DNA of 64,000 nt from an uncultured Gammaproteobacteria bacterium. GTDB taxonomy: Bacteria; Patescibacteriota; Patescibacteriia; Patescibacteriales; UBA12465. Below the pieces are notes generated by a model, which had not been told where the DNA came from, did no database searches, and saw only the letters and a program-made list of their open reading frames with translations. A program made the position numbers and the translations under genes. This document shows, piece by piece, positions 36,662-46,517 of this stretch (positions within the stretch are counted from its first letter, which is position 1; the number at the start of each line of letters is the position of its first letter). The stretch is from NCBI GenBank assembly GCA_964500975.1, contig CAZCQW010000004.1:9816-73815 (forward strand), read 5' to 3'.

Positions 36662-37171
36662 ATGCAAACTTTAGCACCAGTAATGCTAAGCGCAGAGCAG
36701 TTTAGTCAGTTAGCAACTAAGGATTACATCAAGGATTATCTTGATGAAAGATTAAGTAATTTTGCCACGAAAGACTATCTTGATGAAAGATTAAGTAACT
36801 TCGCGACGAAAGACTATCTTGATGAAAGATTAAGTAACTTCGCGACGAAAGATGATCTTAAAAACTTCGCGACGAAAGATGATCTTAAAAACTTCGCGAC
36901 GAAAGATGATTTCAAGAGTCTTAGTAGGGATATTGATATCGTTAAAAAAGATGTTCGTAATATGAAGGTAGATGTAAGCGGTTTAAAAACAAGCACAAGC
37001 AAGCTAGAGCTTTTAATTGATAAATTATCTTATGATATGGATATGAGATTCCATGACCTGGATTATAAACTTGATACAACCTTTGATCATTTAGAAGGAT
37101 TAATCACAGAAAAGACCGAAGAACACGAATTAAGAATTAAAAAACTTGAAGCAGTTGTTTCTGTAAAATAA
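36662..37171 (+). CDS. Small coiled-coil protein whose sequence is built from perfect tandem repeats: ATKDYLDERLSNF three times, then ATKDDLKNF three times.
   Basis: The protein repeats are encoded by near-perfect DNA tandem repeats at 36731..36922. Confidence 0.5.
   Translation: MQTLAPVMLSAEQFSQLATKDYIKDYLDERLSNFATKDYLDERLSNFATKDYLDERLSNFATKDDLKNFATKDDLKNFATKDDFKSLSRDIDIVKKDVRNMKVDVSGLKTSTSKLELLIDKLSYDMDMRFHDLDYKLDTTFDHLEGLITEKTEEHELRIKKLEAVVSVK
36731..36922 (+). repeat. Tandem repeats inside the coding region: a 39-bp unit three times, then a 27-bp unit three times, with only 1-2 mismatches between copies.
   Basis: gc(c/g)acgaaagactatcttgatgaaagattaagtaa(t/c)tt(t/c) three times, then gcgacgaaagatgatcttaaaaacttc three times. 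Confidence 0.85.
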
Positions 37172-37258
37172 AAACTCTAAACCCTAATAGCCGTCGACAT
37201 GCAGTCGGCGTCTATGTTATAATAAAAAAGTTATATATATTGCTAAATAATCAAAATT

Positions 37259-39514
37259 ATGTCACCAAAAACTTACTTACGTATTCTTCGTGGCGGTATT
37301 ATTGCCTCCTTATTTATTATTCTTTGCGTTTTTAAAGACCTCCTTTTTCCATTTATTACCTCTAAACAATTACTATTTAATATTGTGATGGAGTTTTTGT
37401 TAGCTATTTGGCTTGTTTTTATTTTACGCTATCCAGAATACAGACCAAAAAAGAATTTCATTTCCTATGGTCTTATTTTTTATTTTTTAGCAATTTTAGC
37501 ATCGTGTTTTGTTAGTGTTGATTTTAATTTGAGTTTTTGGGGTGATGCTGAAAGAATGCTAGGTTTTTTTCATTTAGCTCATTTCTTAGTCTTATATTTT
37601 ATTTCAATTACCGTTTTTCGTAACTGGAATGATTGGCGTTTATTTTTTCAGGCTTCAATTTTTGTTGCTACTATTATTAGCTTGATTGGTTTATTTGGCG
37701 CTGAATCATATAGTACGATAGGTAACACCGCTTATGTTAGTGGGTATTTAATTTTTAGTATTTATTTTACAATTCTGCTTTTCTTCCGTTCTTCTAGTAA
37801 GCTTTGGCGTTATTTGTATATCCTGCCTTTAATTCCGATGATTTTTGAATTTAAAAACATGCACACATCAGGAGCAATTATTGGCTTAACTTTAAGTCTA
37901 CTTTTGATGATTCTGCTTCTTGGTTTTTCTCATGTTAACAAAAAAATTAGACGTGGTTCGTTAATTTTATTTATCGTTGCTGTGATTGCAATAGTTGGCA
38001 TTTTTTCTCAAAGTCAGGCGGTTTGGTTCCAGAACAGTTTCTTGAAAAATTTAACTTCTCAAAAAGCAACTTTTCAAACCCGTCTAATTTCTTGGCAGGC
38101 AGCTTTCTCCGACTTTAATAATCACCCCATTTTTGGTAACGGATTTGGAAATTATGCTAATACTTTTGACAAGTATTTTGATTCAAAATTTTATGATTAT
38201 TCAACTAGTGATACATATTTTGATAGGGCTCATAATAATTTAATAGAAATTTTATCTACTACTGGCTTAGTTGGTCTTGTGACATATTTGAGCATTTTCT
38301 TAGCTGCCTTATATTACCTCTGGCAAGAATTTAAGCTTAACGGGAAGAGAAGTGGTGGTGATGCCAATGGATTAAATAATATTGAAATTATTATTATTGT
38401 TTCACTGTTAAGTGCTTATTTTATTCAAAATTTAGCCATCTTTGACTCTTTCTCAACCTTCTTGGGATTGATGACGATTTTAGCCTTTGTTTATTGGTTA
38501 GATTTCCGTCGTAACCATAGTGCTCTTGAGGAAAGTAATTCGCGTTTAGTGATTAAAAGTGAAGGCGGTGAATTAGCTGCTCTTATCGGATTCGTTTTAA
38601 TCGCATATATATTTACAAATCAATTCAATATTAAACCTTGGAAAATGTTTATAGCAACTATTGATGGCTATTCAAGCATTGCTTCAGGAAATTTAGTAAC
38701 TGGGGTTAATTATTATAAAGATAATTTAGTTGGCGCGCCCCTTGAAAGAGACTCGCGAACAACGTTAATGAATCTAGTTATTACTAATCCAGCCTTGTTT
38801 AGTAATTTAAATGCCGAAAAAGCGCAGGAGATTCTTGATTATGTAGTAAGCCTGGCGAAAATTAATGTTGCTTACAATCCTTATGATAGTATGATGCAGA
38901 TGCAACTAGCTCAAATTCTTGATACAGCTGCTCGCTTTAATTATCGCAACATTGAGAGATTTAATTTTTACTCAAGTCAGGCTATGCAAGCAATTGAATT
39001 TTCGATAGAATCTAGTCCGAAAAGGGCGACAATTTATTTTACTAAAGCTCAACTTCAGCTAATGAGAATGGAAAATGATGAGGCAGTCGCAACCATGAAG
39101 CAGGGCATAGTCTTAAATACTAATTACTATGAAGGGTATTGTCGTCTGTCTCAAATGTATTTTATTCTAGATGATAAAAAGTATGAAAGTGAGAAGAAGT
39201 TTGCCTTGGACAACTGTTTTGATAAAGGGGGATTAAGCTCTGTTAGCTCAAGTAATTTATTAAAGCTAGCTGTTAACTTCTATTCTGATGTGAAGGATTT
39301 TAATAAGGCAGCACAGGTTTCAGAGCGTATAGCTAACTTGTCCGACAATGATCCTGAGGCTTGGTACAATTTAGCCCAGTTATACTTAATTATTGGCAAT
39401 GATGTAAAGTCGGAAGAGGCTTTTCAAAAAGCAGTTGCCCTCGATCCTAATTTGATAAAGGGATGGCAGGCTTTCAAAGAGGCTATTCAGTTGAACAGAA
39501 AAGTCGTCAAATAA
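37259..39514 (+). CDS. O-antigen-ligase-like (Wzy_C) polytopic membrane protein with a C-terminal TPR-repeat domain; a candidate O-oligosaccharyltransferase or ligase.
   Basis: About 12 TM helices, a Wzy_C-like loop (RAHNNLIEILSTTGLVGL), and a C-terminal TPR region (EAWYNLAQLYLIIGNDVKSEEAFQKAVALDPN). Confidence 0.7.
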   Translation: MSPKTYLRILRGGIIASLFIILCVFKDLLFPFITSKQLLFNIVMEFLLAIWLVFILRYPEYRPKKNFISYGLIFYFLAILASCFVSVDFNLSFWGDAERMLGFFHLAHFLVLYFISITVFRNWNDWRLFFQASIFVATIISLIGLFGAESYSTIGNTAYVSGYLIFSIYFTILLFFRSSSKLWRYLYILPLIPMIFEFKNMHTSGAIIGLTLSLLLMILLLGFSHVNKKIRRGSLILFIVAVIAIVGIFSQSQAVWFQNSFLKNLTSQKATFQTRLISWQAAFSDFNNHPIFGNGFGNYANTFDKYFDSKFYDYSTSDTYFDRAHNNLIEILSTTGLVGLVTYLSIFLAALYYLWQEFKLNGKRSGGDANGLNNIEIIIIVSLLSAYFIQNLAIFDSFSTFLGLMTILAFVYWLDFRRNHSALEESNSRLVIKSEGGELAALIGFVLIAYIFTNQFNIKPWKMFIATIDGYSSIASGNLVTGVNYYKDNLVGAPLERDSRTTLMNLVITNPALFSNLNAEKAQEILDYVVSLAKINVAYNPYDSMMQMQLAQILDTAARFNYRNIERFNFYSSQAMQAIEFSIESSPKRATIYFTKAQLQLMRMENDEAVATMKQGIVLNTNYYEGYCRLSQMYFILDDKKYESEKKFALDNCFDKGGLSSVSSSNLLKLAVNFYSDVKDFNKAAQVSERIANLSDNDPEAWYNLAQLYLIIGNDVKSEEAFQKAVALDPNLIKGWQAFKEAIQLNRKVVK

Positions 39515-39550
39515 ATAGTTAAAAAAATAATAAAGATAATTATTAAAAAA

Positions 39551-39575
39551 TCAGACCACGCGGTCTGATTTTTTA
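39551..39575 (+). terminator. Rho-independent terminator.
   Basis: cagacc-acgc-ggtctg hairpin followed by a T6 run. Confidence 0.8.
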
Positions 39576-39707
39576 TTTGTTAAAAGAGATTGAGTTTAAT
39601 TGGCAAATTTTAGTTTTATGAACCAGATACATTTTATAACTATTTTTAATTTCTATCATCAGTCTTTTGCTATTCTAAAATGACTAATAATTAAGATATA
39701 AATATTT

Positions 39708-40682
39708 ATGAAGATTATTAAAAAGCTTTTAGCTGGTCTTGTAAAATCCGTAAAAACTTTATTTGCGAGTAATAAATATATTCGGAGTAAGGCGGGTAAA
39801 TTAATTATATTTTCATGTTTTATGGTCCTGATTTGGCTTGGATATATTGCATTTTCTATGTTTAGTCTTAGTCCTTCTCAAATCGCCCTAGCTGAACTTG
39901 AGAAATCATATACAACAGAAAAAATATGTCATGAAGAATGCTATCTTTGGCGTCAAGGTAAGGAGTCGTTAATAGTTAGTAATTTAATTAATAAAAGATC
40001 AGACACAGAAAAAGAACTATATAAATACTGGATTTCAGAAAACACCGATTTAGATTTCAAGAAAGAAGTGGTCCGTTTAAATTTTTTAGCATATGGGAAA
40101 GGGGGTGTCCCTGAATATTTAAAAAGATATATCAATGACGAGAACTATGAGTCTAGCCTCGCCACGTTAATTATTTCATTATTTGACTTAGATCTTAGTG
40201 ATTTAACATCATTAGATTTTGCGCTCAATAATAAATTTAGTCTAGCGACTTCTAGCGCCGAAAAAATTGAAACACTAAAAGTGAAGGCGAGTTTAGGAAA
40301 TGACCTTGAAATTGATACGTATTTCTCGTTATTAAACACTAGTGGAGAAAATGACGTTAAAAGGGAGTTAATTAAAAATATTAGTTCAATTAGAGAGAAA
40401 AATAATTTTTATACTTTAAGTCAGCTAGAAATAATAAAAAGTATTATTCTTAACCCAGAAACAGATATTCGCGTACGCCAAGACTTAGTTTTATTAATTG
40501 GTGATTATTATTTAATCTATCCTGAAGAAAGCGCGACACTCTGGTTTGAAATATATAATAACGAAGCCCTTGATAATATTAGTCGATTATTTAGTGCGGA
40601 CAGTTTAAATCATTTAAAAAAATTAAATTTAAGCCTGCCTGAAGTTAGTGAGATAGATTGGGAAGCTTACTATAATCAATAA
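39708..40682 (+). CDS. Hypothetical N-terminally anchored protein, 324 aa.
   Basis: One TM helix; 5 nt upstream of the giant LTD/LamG gene, so probably co-transcribed. Confidence 0.4.
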   Translation: MKIIKKLLAGLVKSVKTLFASNKYIRSKAGKLIIFSCFMVLIWLGYIAFSMFSLSPSQIALAELEKSYTTEKICHEECYLWRQGKESLIVSNLINKRSDTEKELYKYWISENTDLDFKKEVVRLNFLAYGKGGVPEYLKRYINDENYESSLATLIISLFDLDLSDLTSLDFALNNKFSLATSSAEKIETLKVKASLGNDLEIDTYFSLLNTSGENDVKRELIKNISSIREKNNFYTLSQLEIIKSIILNPETDIRVRQDLVLLIGDYYLIYPEESATLWFEIYNNEALDNISRLFSADSLNHLKKLNLSLPEVSEIDWEAYYNQ

Positions 40683-40687
40683 AATTT

Positions 40688-43600
40688 ATGAAACAATTAA
40701 AAATAATTAAATTAATCTTTTCACTATTTTTTAGCATTTCACTCTTAATAATTAGTCCATCATTTTGCTTGGCGATGCCGCCGGGAGCCCTGCTTTATAG
40801 GACTTCTGGTGAAGGAAAAATGTTTGGCTATAGTAGCGACCCTCTAGTGTATTCCGAAAAAGCGATCGTAAAGAATATATATTCTGGACATGTTGGTATA
40901 TATATTGGTAAGGAAAATGGAGTGGACTATATTGTTGAGGCTTTGAGTAATGGAGTTGTTAAAACGCCGGCTGATAAGTTTGTAAATTTAGCTGAGGGCG
41001 AGAAATATTTAGGTGCAAAAATTCCTAAAAACCTATCAAGTGTCCAGCAGGCCAAGGTTGTTGAAATTGCTAAAAGTTTAGTTGGGAAAAACTTGGCTTA
41101 TGATTATGATTTTAAAAATCAAAAAGGGCCAAATAGTGGTGATTGGACCTGCGTGGGCTTGGCTGAAAAGTTATATGAAAGCGCAAATATATCTAATCCC
41201 AATAATTTACAATCGCTTGAGTATGATAAAAATTATTATGCTATAAATATTACGCCCGATGGTTTTGATAATTATACTAAAGTAAATGATTACGGCGATT
41301 GTTTCTCGCCAAATTTTGAATTCTCGAAATTTGGAAGACGAACAGATATTTTAATTCCTGCGCCTGAAATAATAGGCTTTAATCTTGGTTTAGAAAAAGA
41401 AGGTGAGCGATATATATTTTTGCCATATACTCAATATTTGCAGCCGACTTTAAATAATGTTCAGACTGATATAAAAATTTCTTCTTCATTTTCAGGTTCT
41501 GAAGTACGTGGTGCGGTCAATACCAGCGCCTTAGTTTTGCGTTGGAGTCTAGTTAATAATCCTGTTTCATCGGTCAAGATGATTGCAAATAAAGTCGCTG
41601 ATGTTTTTGTGAGTTTAAAGGATAGTATTTTCGGTGGCGGCAGTGAGCTCACTAAGGTTGTTCTAACCGACGCCTTAGAAGACGTGAGTCCTGAAACAGT
41701 AGCCGCAATTAAGGTTGGTGCAATGGTAAATAAAGCTATAAAAGAAAAAGTAGCATCAGCTAAATCAACGGCCACTAAAACAACTAGCGTCAATTCGGCT
41801 GGTAATTCTAAGGGAGTAACGATTAATACCAATAAGCAAAACAGTGCGCTTGTAAATAAAGCAGACTCAAGTAGTAAGGTCGATGTTCTAAAAATTGATA
41901 ACTCTAAAACTAATAATACTAAAACTGACAATACAAAAAATGACACAGTTAAAGCCGCAGCGACGAATAAATCAACTTCAAGCACTACTACTTATTATAA
42001 CCCTTCTAAAACCGCCACGAAGGCCGCCACAAGCTCTCAAGCAGCAAATAGCGGTTCCAGAGCGGGCGCTAGTAGCTCTTGGAGCAGTTCCGGCTCAAGT
42101 TCTTCGGGTGGAAATAGTACTAACGATAACTCTCCTAAAATAGCAACGATTAATAAAATATACAGTACCGGAAATAATGATTTTATAGAGTTATATAATC
42201 CTGGTGAAAAAGACTTTGATTTAAATACGGCTGGATATCGTTTAGAAAAAGCCAAAACCGCTGAAGATCCAAGTTTAATGATTAGAATTGGTGATACTGA
42301 TGACGCGTCGTATCCAGGCGGAACAATTATTAAAGCAAAAAAGACATATTTAATTGTTAGCAATAAAGCTAGTCTATATTGGCAATCAAAAGCAGATGCT
42401 GTTGTTAATCGTGAAGAGTTTACTTGGCCGGACTCAGGATACACAATTTACTTAGGTACGGGCGCAATTAGTTCTAGTAAGGATGTTGATATTCTTGAGG
42501 CGATCGGTTTTGGTTTAGACGCTACATATTTTCAAGGAGAATCTCCAGCCGCAGAGATAAAAAATTATTACATATTAAATCGAGTAAAAAGCTCAAATAA
42601 TAATAAAGTTGATTTTAATTTAATCAAATCAGACGACCCAAGTATTGATTGGTCGTCTTTAGTTTCCGCCAGCAGTACGGATAAAATCGCTAGCTCTAGT
42701 GATGAAGTTGCTAGCTCTAGTGATGAAGTGTCGACTGCTACTTCTAATCTACCAAGTTCTACGCCGCTAATTTTAATTAATAAAATTTATAGCACTGGAA
42801 ATAATGATTGGCTTGAATTATTTAATTTCAGCGATTTCGATTTTGATTTGGCGAGTAATACCTACCGTCTAGAAAAATCTAAAACTGCACTGGACCCCGC
42901 ATTAATTATGAGGATAGGAGATGCGACTGATGGACTATATCCTGGCGGAACAATAATAAAAAGTAAAAGTAGATACTTAATTGTCTCAAGCGAAGCTAAT
43001 GACTTCTATAAATCACAGGCTCAGGCGATTGCCACTAGAACTGACTTTTCATGGTTTAATTCCGGCTATTCTATATATTTAGGAAATGCCCCCATTAGTT
43101 CGAATACTGATAATAATATTGTAGACTTGGTTGGTTTTGGTGCCGATGCTAGTCGCTTTAGTGGATATGCGCCTGCAAGCGAGATTACTGATAACTATAT
43201 TTTAAATAGAATAGGAACGAGTTCGAATAATAATTTGGATTTTAATTTAATTAAGTCTAGTGACCCAAATATTAATTGGAGCGCACCAAGCCCTGAAGAC
43301 GAAAATATAAATGAGATATATAGTTTTTCCGCTTCTTCTTATAATTTGTTTCCAGCGCCTAATCCTATAAATTCAGAAGGATTAACTTATCTCTGGCATT
43401 TTGATGAATGCTTTGGCTCTGAGGCAAGAAGCTTTGTTGGGTCATCAACTTTAAGCGTTGGTGATTATTGGCTTCCAGGAAAGTTTGCCTGCGCTAAAGA
43501 GAATTCTTATAACAAGGGAGTTAGTGGTGGGGTGTTAGAAGATGAGCTTGATATTAATAATTTTTCAATTAGTTTTTGGTTTAAAAGTTCTGGCAGTTTT

Positions 43601-44602
43601 CCGCGACTTAGCTTATCTATGAGAAATAATAGTGAAGAAGCTATTAATGTGACCCTAGAACCAGGTTTAATGCAGTTTAGTGGATTATCCTCACCCGATT
43701 GGCGCGCTTATGACCCAAGTTTTTCTTTTGATAATACTTGGCGTCAGGCAACCTTAGTTGTTAATCGAAACGAGGGTTACTGGTCCTTATATATTGATGG
43801 AATAGTTAAATATCATGTTAATACTTATAAACTATTGTCGAAAATTAATTACTTAGAATTTGGTGGTGATAACAGTGCTTACGCGCTCGATGAGGTTGCG
43901 GTTTGGGATAGAGCGTTGTCTGAAAATGAAATAGCTAGTATTAGGACCCAAGAACAAGTAAATAATCCAGCACCACTATATATTCCTCAACAAAAAGCTG
44001 TTTTAAAGCACTTCTGGAATTTTAACGAGGGAATAGGTACATCAAGCATTGATTTAATTGGAGATTTGAAAATGAATATTCTCCCTACTAATTGGCTGAG
44101 TACAAGTTTGACTAATAGTGTTCTGGCTAGTGCCTGGAGGGATAGATTTAATTTAAATTTGCCGACTATAAATTCTAGAGATTTATCTTTGACACTTTGG
44201 TGGCGTTCTCCGAAAATGGATGAGGAGGGGAGAGTTAAAATTTCATTAGGTAATGAAGTTAAGCCTAATTTATTTAGTTTAATGGCTAGCTATTATATTT
44301 CATCTTATAATTTTAGTAATAATTCTGGGTATTTTAGTTTTGGTGAAAATTTAACCATTCCACATGATTTAAATTGGCATCATTTAGCGATGGTTTACGA
44401 TTCGTATAGAAATGAATTAAATTACTATGTTGACGGGGAATTGAGTCGTCAGGAACATTTTCTTTGGTCAGCTGATAACTCCATTATTAACTCCTTGGAG
44501 ATATTGCCGGAAAATTGGGGAACAGAAATTGATGATTTAGGTATTTGGCAGGGAGCTTTAAGTCCTGCTCAAATACGGGAAATATTTGCTAATAATAAAT
44601 AA
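40688..44602 (+). CDS. Giant secreted multidomain protein of 1304 aa: a permuted-papain-like (YiiX/C92-like) N-terminal domain, a Ser/Thr-rich linker, two lamin-tail (LTD) domains and two LamG domains.
   Basis: Signal peptide. N-terminal domain motifs GHVGIYIG and WTCVGLAEKLYE. Duplicated LTD modules (INKIYSTGNNDFIELYNPGEKDFDL and INKIYSTGNNDWLELFNFSDFDFDL). Duplicated LamG modules (LDEVAVWDRALSENEI and IDDLGIWQGALSPAQI). A 21-bp tandem repeat at 42689..42730. Confidence 0.6.
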   Translation: MKQLKIIKLIFSLFFSISLLIISPSFCLAMPPGALLYRTSGEGKMFGYSSDPLVYSEKAIVKNIYSGHVGIYIGKENGVDYIVEALSNGVVKTPADKFVNLAEGEKYLGAKIPKNLSSVQQAKVVEIAKSLVGKNLAYDYDFKNQKGPNSGDWTCVGLAEKLYESANISNPNNLQSLEYDKNYYAINITPDGFDNYTKVNDYGDCFSPNFEFSKFGRRTDILIPAPEIIGFNLGLEKEGERYIFLPYTQYLQPTLNNVQTDIKISSSFSGSEVRGAVNTSALVLRWSLVNNPVSSVKMIANKVADVFVSLKDSIFGGGSELTKVVLTDALEDVSPETVAAIKVGAMVNKAIKEKVASAKSTATKTTSVNSAGNSKGVTINTNKQNSALVNKADSSSKVDVLKIDNSKTNNTKTDNTKNDTVKAAATNKSTSSTTTYYNPSKTATKAATSSQAANSGSRAGASSSWSSSGSSSSGGNSTNDNSPKIATINKIYSTGNNDFIELYNPGEKDFDLNTAGYRLEKAKTAEDPSLMIRIGDTDDASYPGGTIIKAKKTYLIVSNKASLYWQSKADAVVNREEFTWPDSGYTIYLGTGAISSSKDVDILEAIGFGLDATYFQGESPAAEIKNYYILNRVKSSNNNKVDFNLIKSDDPSIDWSSLVSASSTDKIASSSDEVASSSDEVSTATSNLPSSTPLILINKIYSTGNNDWLELFNFSDFDFDLASNTYRLEKSKTALDPALIMRIGDATDGLYPGGTIIKSKSRYLIVSSEANDFYKSQAQAIATRTDFSWFNSGYSIYLGNAPISSNTDNNIVDLVGFGADASRFSGYAPASEITDNYILNRIGTSSNNNLDFNLIKSSDPNINWSAPSPEDENINEIYSFSASSYNLFPAPNPINSEGLTYLWHFDECFGSEARSFVGSSTLSVGDYWLPGKFACAKENSYNKGVSGGVLEDELDINNFSISFWFKSSGSFPRLSLSMRNNSEEAINVTLEPGLMQFSGLSSPDWRAYDPSFSFDNTWRQATLVVNRNEGYWSLYIDGIVKYHVNTYKLLSKINYLEFGGDNSAYALDEVAVWDRALSENEIASIRTQEQVNNPAPLYIPQQKAVLKHFWNFNEGIGTSSIDLIGDLKMNILPTNWLSTSLTNSVLASAWRDRFNLNLPTINSRDLSLTLWWRSPKMDEEGRVKISLGNEVKPNLFSLMASYYISSYNFSNNSGYFSFGENLTIPHDLNWHHLAMVYDSYRNELNYYVDGELSRQEHFLWSADNSIINSLEILPENWGTEIDDLGIWQGALSPAQIREIFANNK

Positions 44603-44617
44603 AATATTAAGTAAAAA

Positions 44618-44641
44618 AGGCTGCCTCAAGGCGGCTTTTTA
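44618..44641 (+). terminator. Rho-independent terminator.
   Basis: ggctgcc-tcaa-ggcggc hairpin followed by a T5 run. Confidence 0.7.
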
Positions 44642-44683
44642 CTTGATTTATTTATAATTTTCTTGTATTCTATAAATGTTATT

Positions 44684-45060
44684 AAGGTAAGCGGGCAATC
44701 GCTCTTTTTTAAAGTTTTTACTTTTTAGAGGAGAGGAAAGTCCGGACTTCGCCGCTTATTTATAAGCGAAATGATAGTGGGTAACGCCCACCGTCCGCTT
44801 CGCGCGGATAGGGACAGTGCCACAGAGACAATACTAATTTTGTAATTTATTACAAAATGAAAGGTGAAAAGAAATTAGGTGTTTTTCGAAGCTACTAATT
44901 TCGGCCTCCGGTGACGGAGATGCCGTGGTAAACCCTATCAGAAGCAAGAGCAAACATTTATGTTTACATAAATGACAAAGTAGCTCGCACGAGCTTATTA
45001 GCAATAATAAGCCAAGATAAATGATTGCTAGAACAGAATCCGGCTTATAGCTGCCTTAAT
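44684..45060 (+). ncRNA. rnpB: RNase P RNA, bacterial type A (M1 RNA).
   Basis: Universally conserved elements present: GAGGAAAGTCCGGACTTC (P4 5' strand), GGGTAACGCCCACC, ACAGTGCCACAGAGAC, AAACCC...AAGCAAG, and ACAGAATCCGGCTTATAG (P4 3' strand). A P1 stem pairs ttaaggtaagc with gcttat..gccttaa. Confidence 0.85.
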
Positions 45061-45086
45061 AATAAATGTATTTATTAAATTTATAT

Positions 45087-46502
45087 ATGAAAAAAATTGA
45101 AACTTTTTTTTCGGTGCTATTTATACCCGTGGATTTTGTTTTACTAGTTTTAGCCGGCTTATCCGCTTATAATTTAAGATTTTCGGAGTGGAGTGCGAGC
45201 GTTAGACCGATTATTTTTGATTTGCAATTTTCTAATTATTTTCAATCTTTATTATTCATTTCTTTTTTATGGATAATAATTTTTGCGCTTGCTGGTTTAT
45301 ATAGTATTCGTAGCGCACGTAAGTTAGCTCAAGAAATAAATAAAATATTTATTGCTTGTGCGGCTGGATTAGCATTAATTGCGATTATTATTTTCTTTAA
45401 ACGCGATTTATTTGATTCTCGTTTTATTGTTTTAATGGGGGCCGTATTTGCTTTTTTCTATATATCTTTAGCCCACGCATTTATTCGTTGGCTTCAAAGA
45501 CGTTTATATCAATACGGAATTGGTGTTCATAAAGTTATTTTAGTTGGTAATTCAAAAACAACGGATAATTTAATTGCTGAATTTTCAAGTAATAAAAAAT
45601 CAGGCTTTGAAGTTATTAAAAGATTTAGAGATTTTTCTCTTGAAACAGTTCAGGAATTAACTGAGTTTATTTCCGGTCGCGAAGTTGATGAAATTATTCA
45701 AAGTGATCCTAATATTAGTAAGGTCGAAACTTTACGTTTGTATGATTTCGCAAATGAAAATCATATTACTTATAAATATGTTGCCGACTTGCTGGAGGTA
45801 AAAGTTTTGCGTACCGAAGTAGCTGAAATTATTGGCGTTCCGGTTGTTGAGGTAAAGCGTACAACGCTAGAAGGTTGGGGGAGAGTTTTTAAACGTATCT
45901 TTGATATAGTTGGTTCTGGTCTTTTAATTTTAATTTTATCACCAGTTATTTTATTAGCCATGTTGGCGATTGTACTTGATTCTAAGGGACCTATTTTCTT
46001 TTCACGACGAGATGATGGGAATCCAGTTTATCGTGTCGGACAAGGCGGAAATCCTTTTCGTTACTTTAAATTCCGATCCATGATTCCTAATTCTGATAGC
46101 ATGCGTTATAAAGAATTAGCCGATAGAAATTTGCGGAGTGAAGGGCCACTCGTAAAAATTAAAGACGACCCGCGCGTCACTCGCGTTGGCCAAATAATAC
46201 GTCGTTGGTCGGTTGATGAGCTACCTGAACTATTTTTAGTTTTTATGGGTCGCATGAGTTTAGTTGGCCCTCGTCCACATTTGCCAGAAGAAGTAGCTAA
46301 GTATGAAAATTATCATCGCAAGACCTTAACTGTTAAGCCGGGAATTACTGGTCTAGCTCAAGTTTCTGGTCGTAGCGATTTACTTTTTGAAGAAGAGGCT
46401 AAACTTGATATTTATTATATTGAAAACTGGTCTTTGCTTCTTGATATTTCAATTTTGTTTAGAACTCCACTTGCGGTTTTTAAACATCGTCAAGCTGAAT
46501 AA
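45087..46502 (+). CDS. Polyprenyl glycosylphosphotransferase, a WbaP/WcaJ-like priming sugar transferase.
   Basis: N-terminal TM helices, a CoA-like linker, and the C-terminal bacterial sugar-transferase motifs FKFRSM, ELPQLFLVFMGRMSLVGPRP and KPGITGLAQV. The ATG at 45087 is preferred because the ORF-track start at 45066 abuts the rnpB 3' end. Confidence 0.85.
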   Translation: MKKIETFFSVLFIPVDFVLLVLAGLSAYNLRFSEWSASVRPIIFDLQFSNYFQSLLFISFLWIIIFALAGLYSIRSARKLAQEINKIFIACAAGLALIAIIIFFKRDLFDSRFIVLMGAVFAFFYISLAHAFIRWLQRRLYQYGIGVHKVILVGNSKTTDNLIAEFSSNKKSGFEVIKRFRDFSLETVQELTEFISGREVDEIIQSDPNISKVETLRLYDFANENHITYKYVADLLEVKVLRTEVAEIIGVPVVEVKRTTLEGWGRVFKRIFDIVGSGLLILILSPVILLAMLAIVLDSKGPIFFSRRDDGNPVYRVGQGGNPFRYFKFRSMIPNSDSMRYKELADRNLRSEGPLVKIKDDPRVTRVGQIIRRWSVDELPELFLVFMGRMSLVGPRPHLPEEVAKYENYHRKTLTVKPGITGLAQVSGRSDLLFEEEAKLDIYYIENWSLLLDISILFRTPLAVFKHRQAE

Positions 46503-46517
46503 ATTATTTTAAATCAA

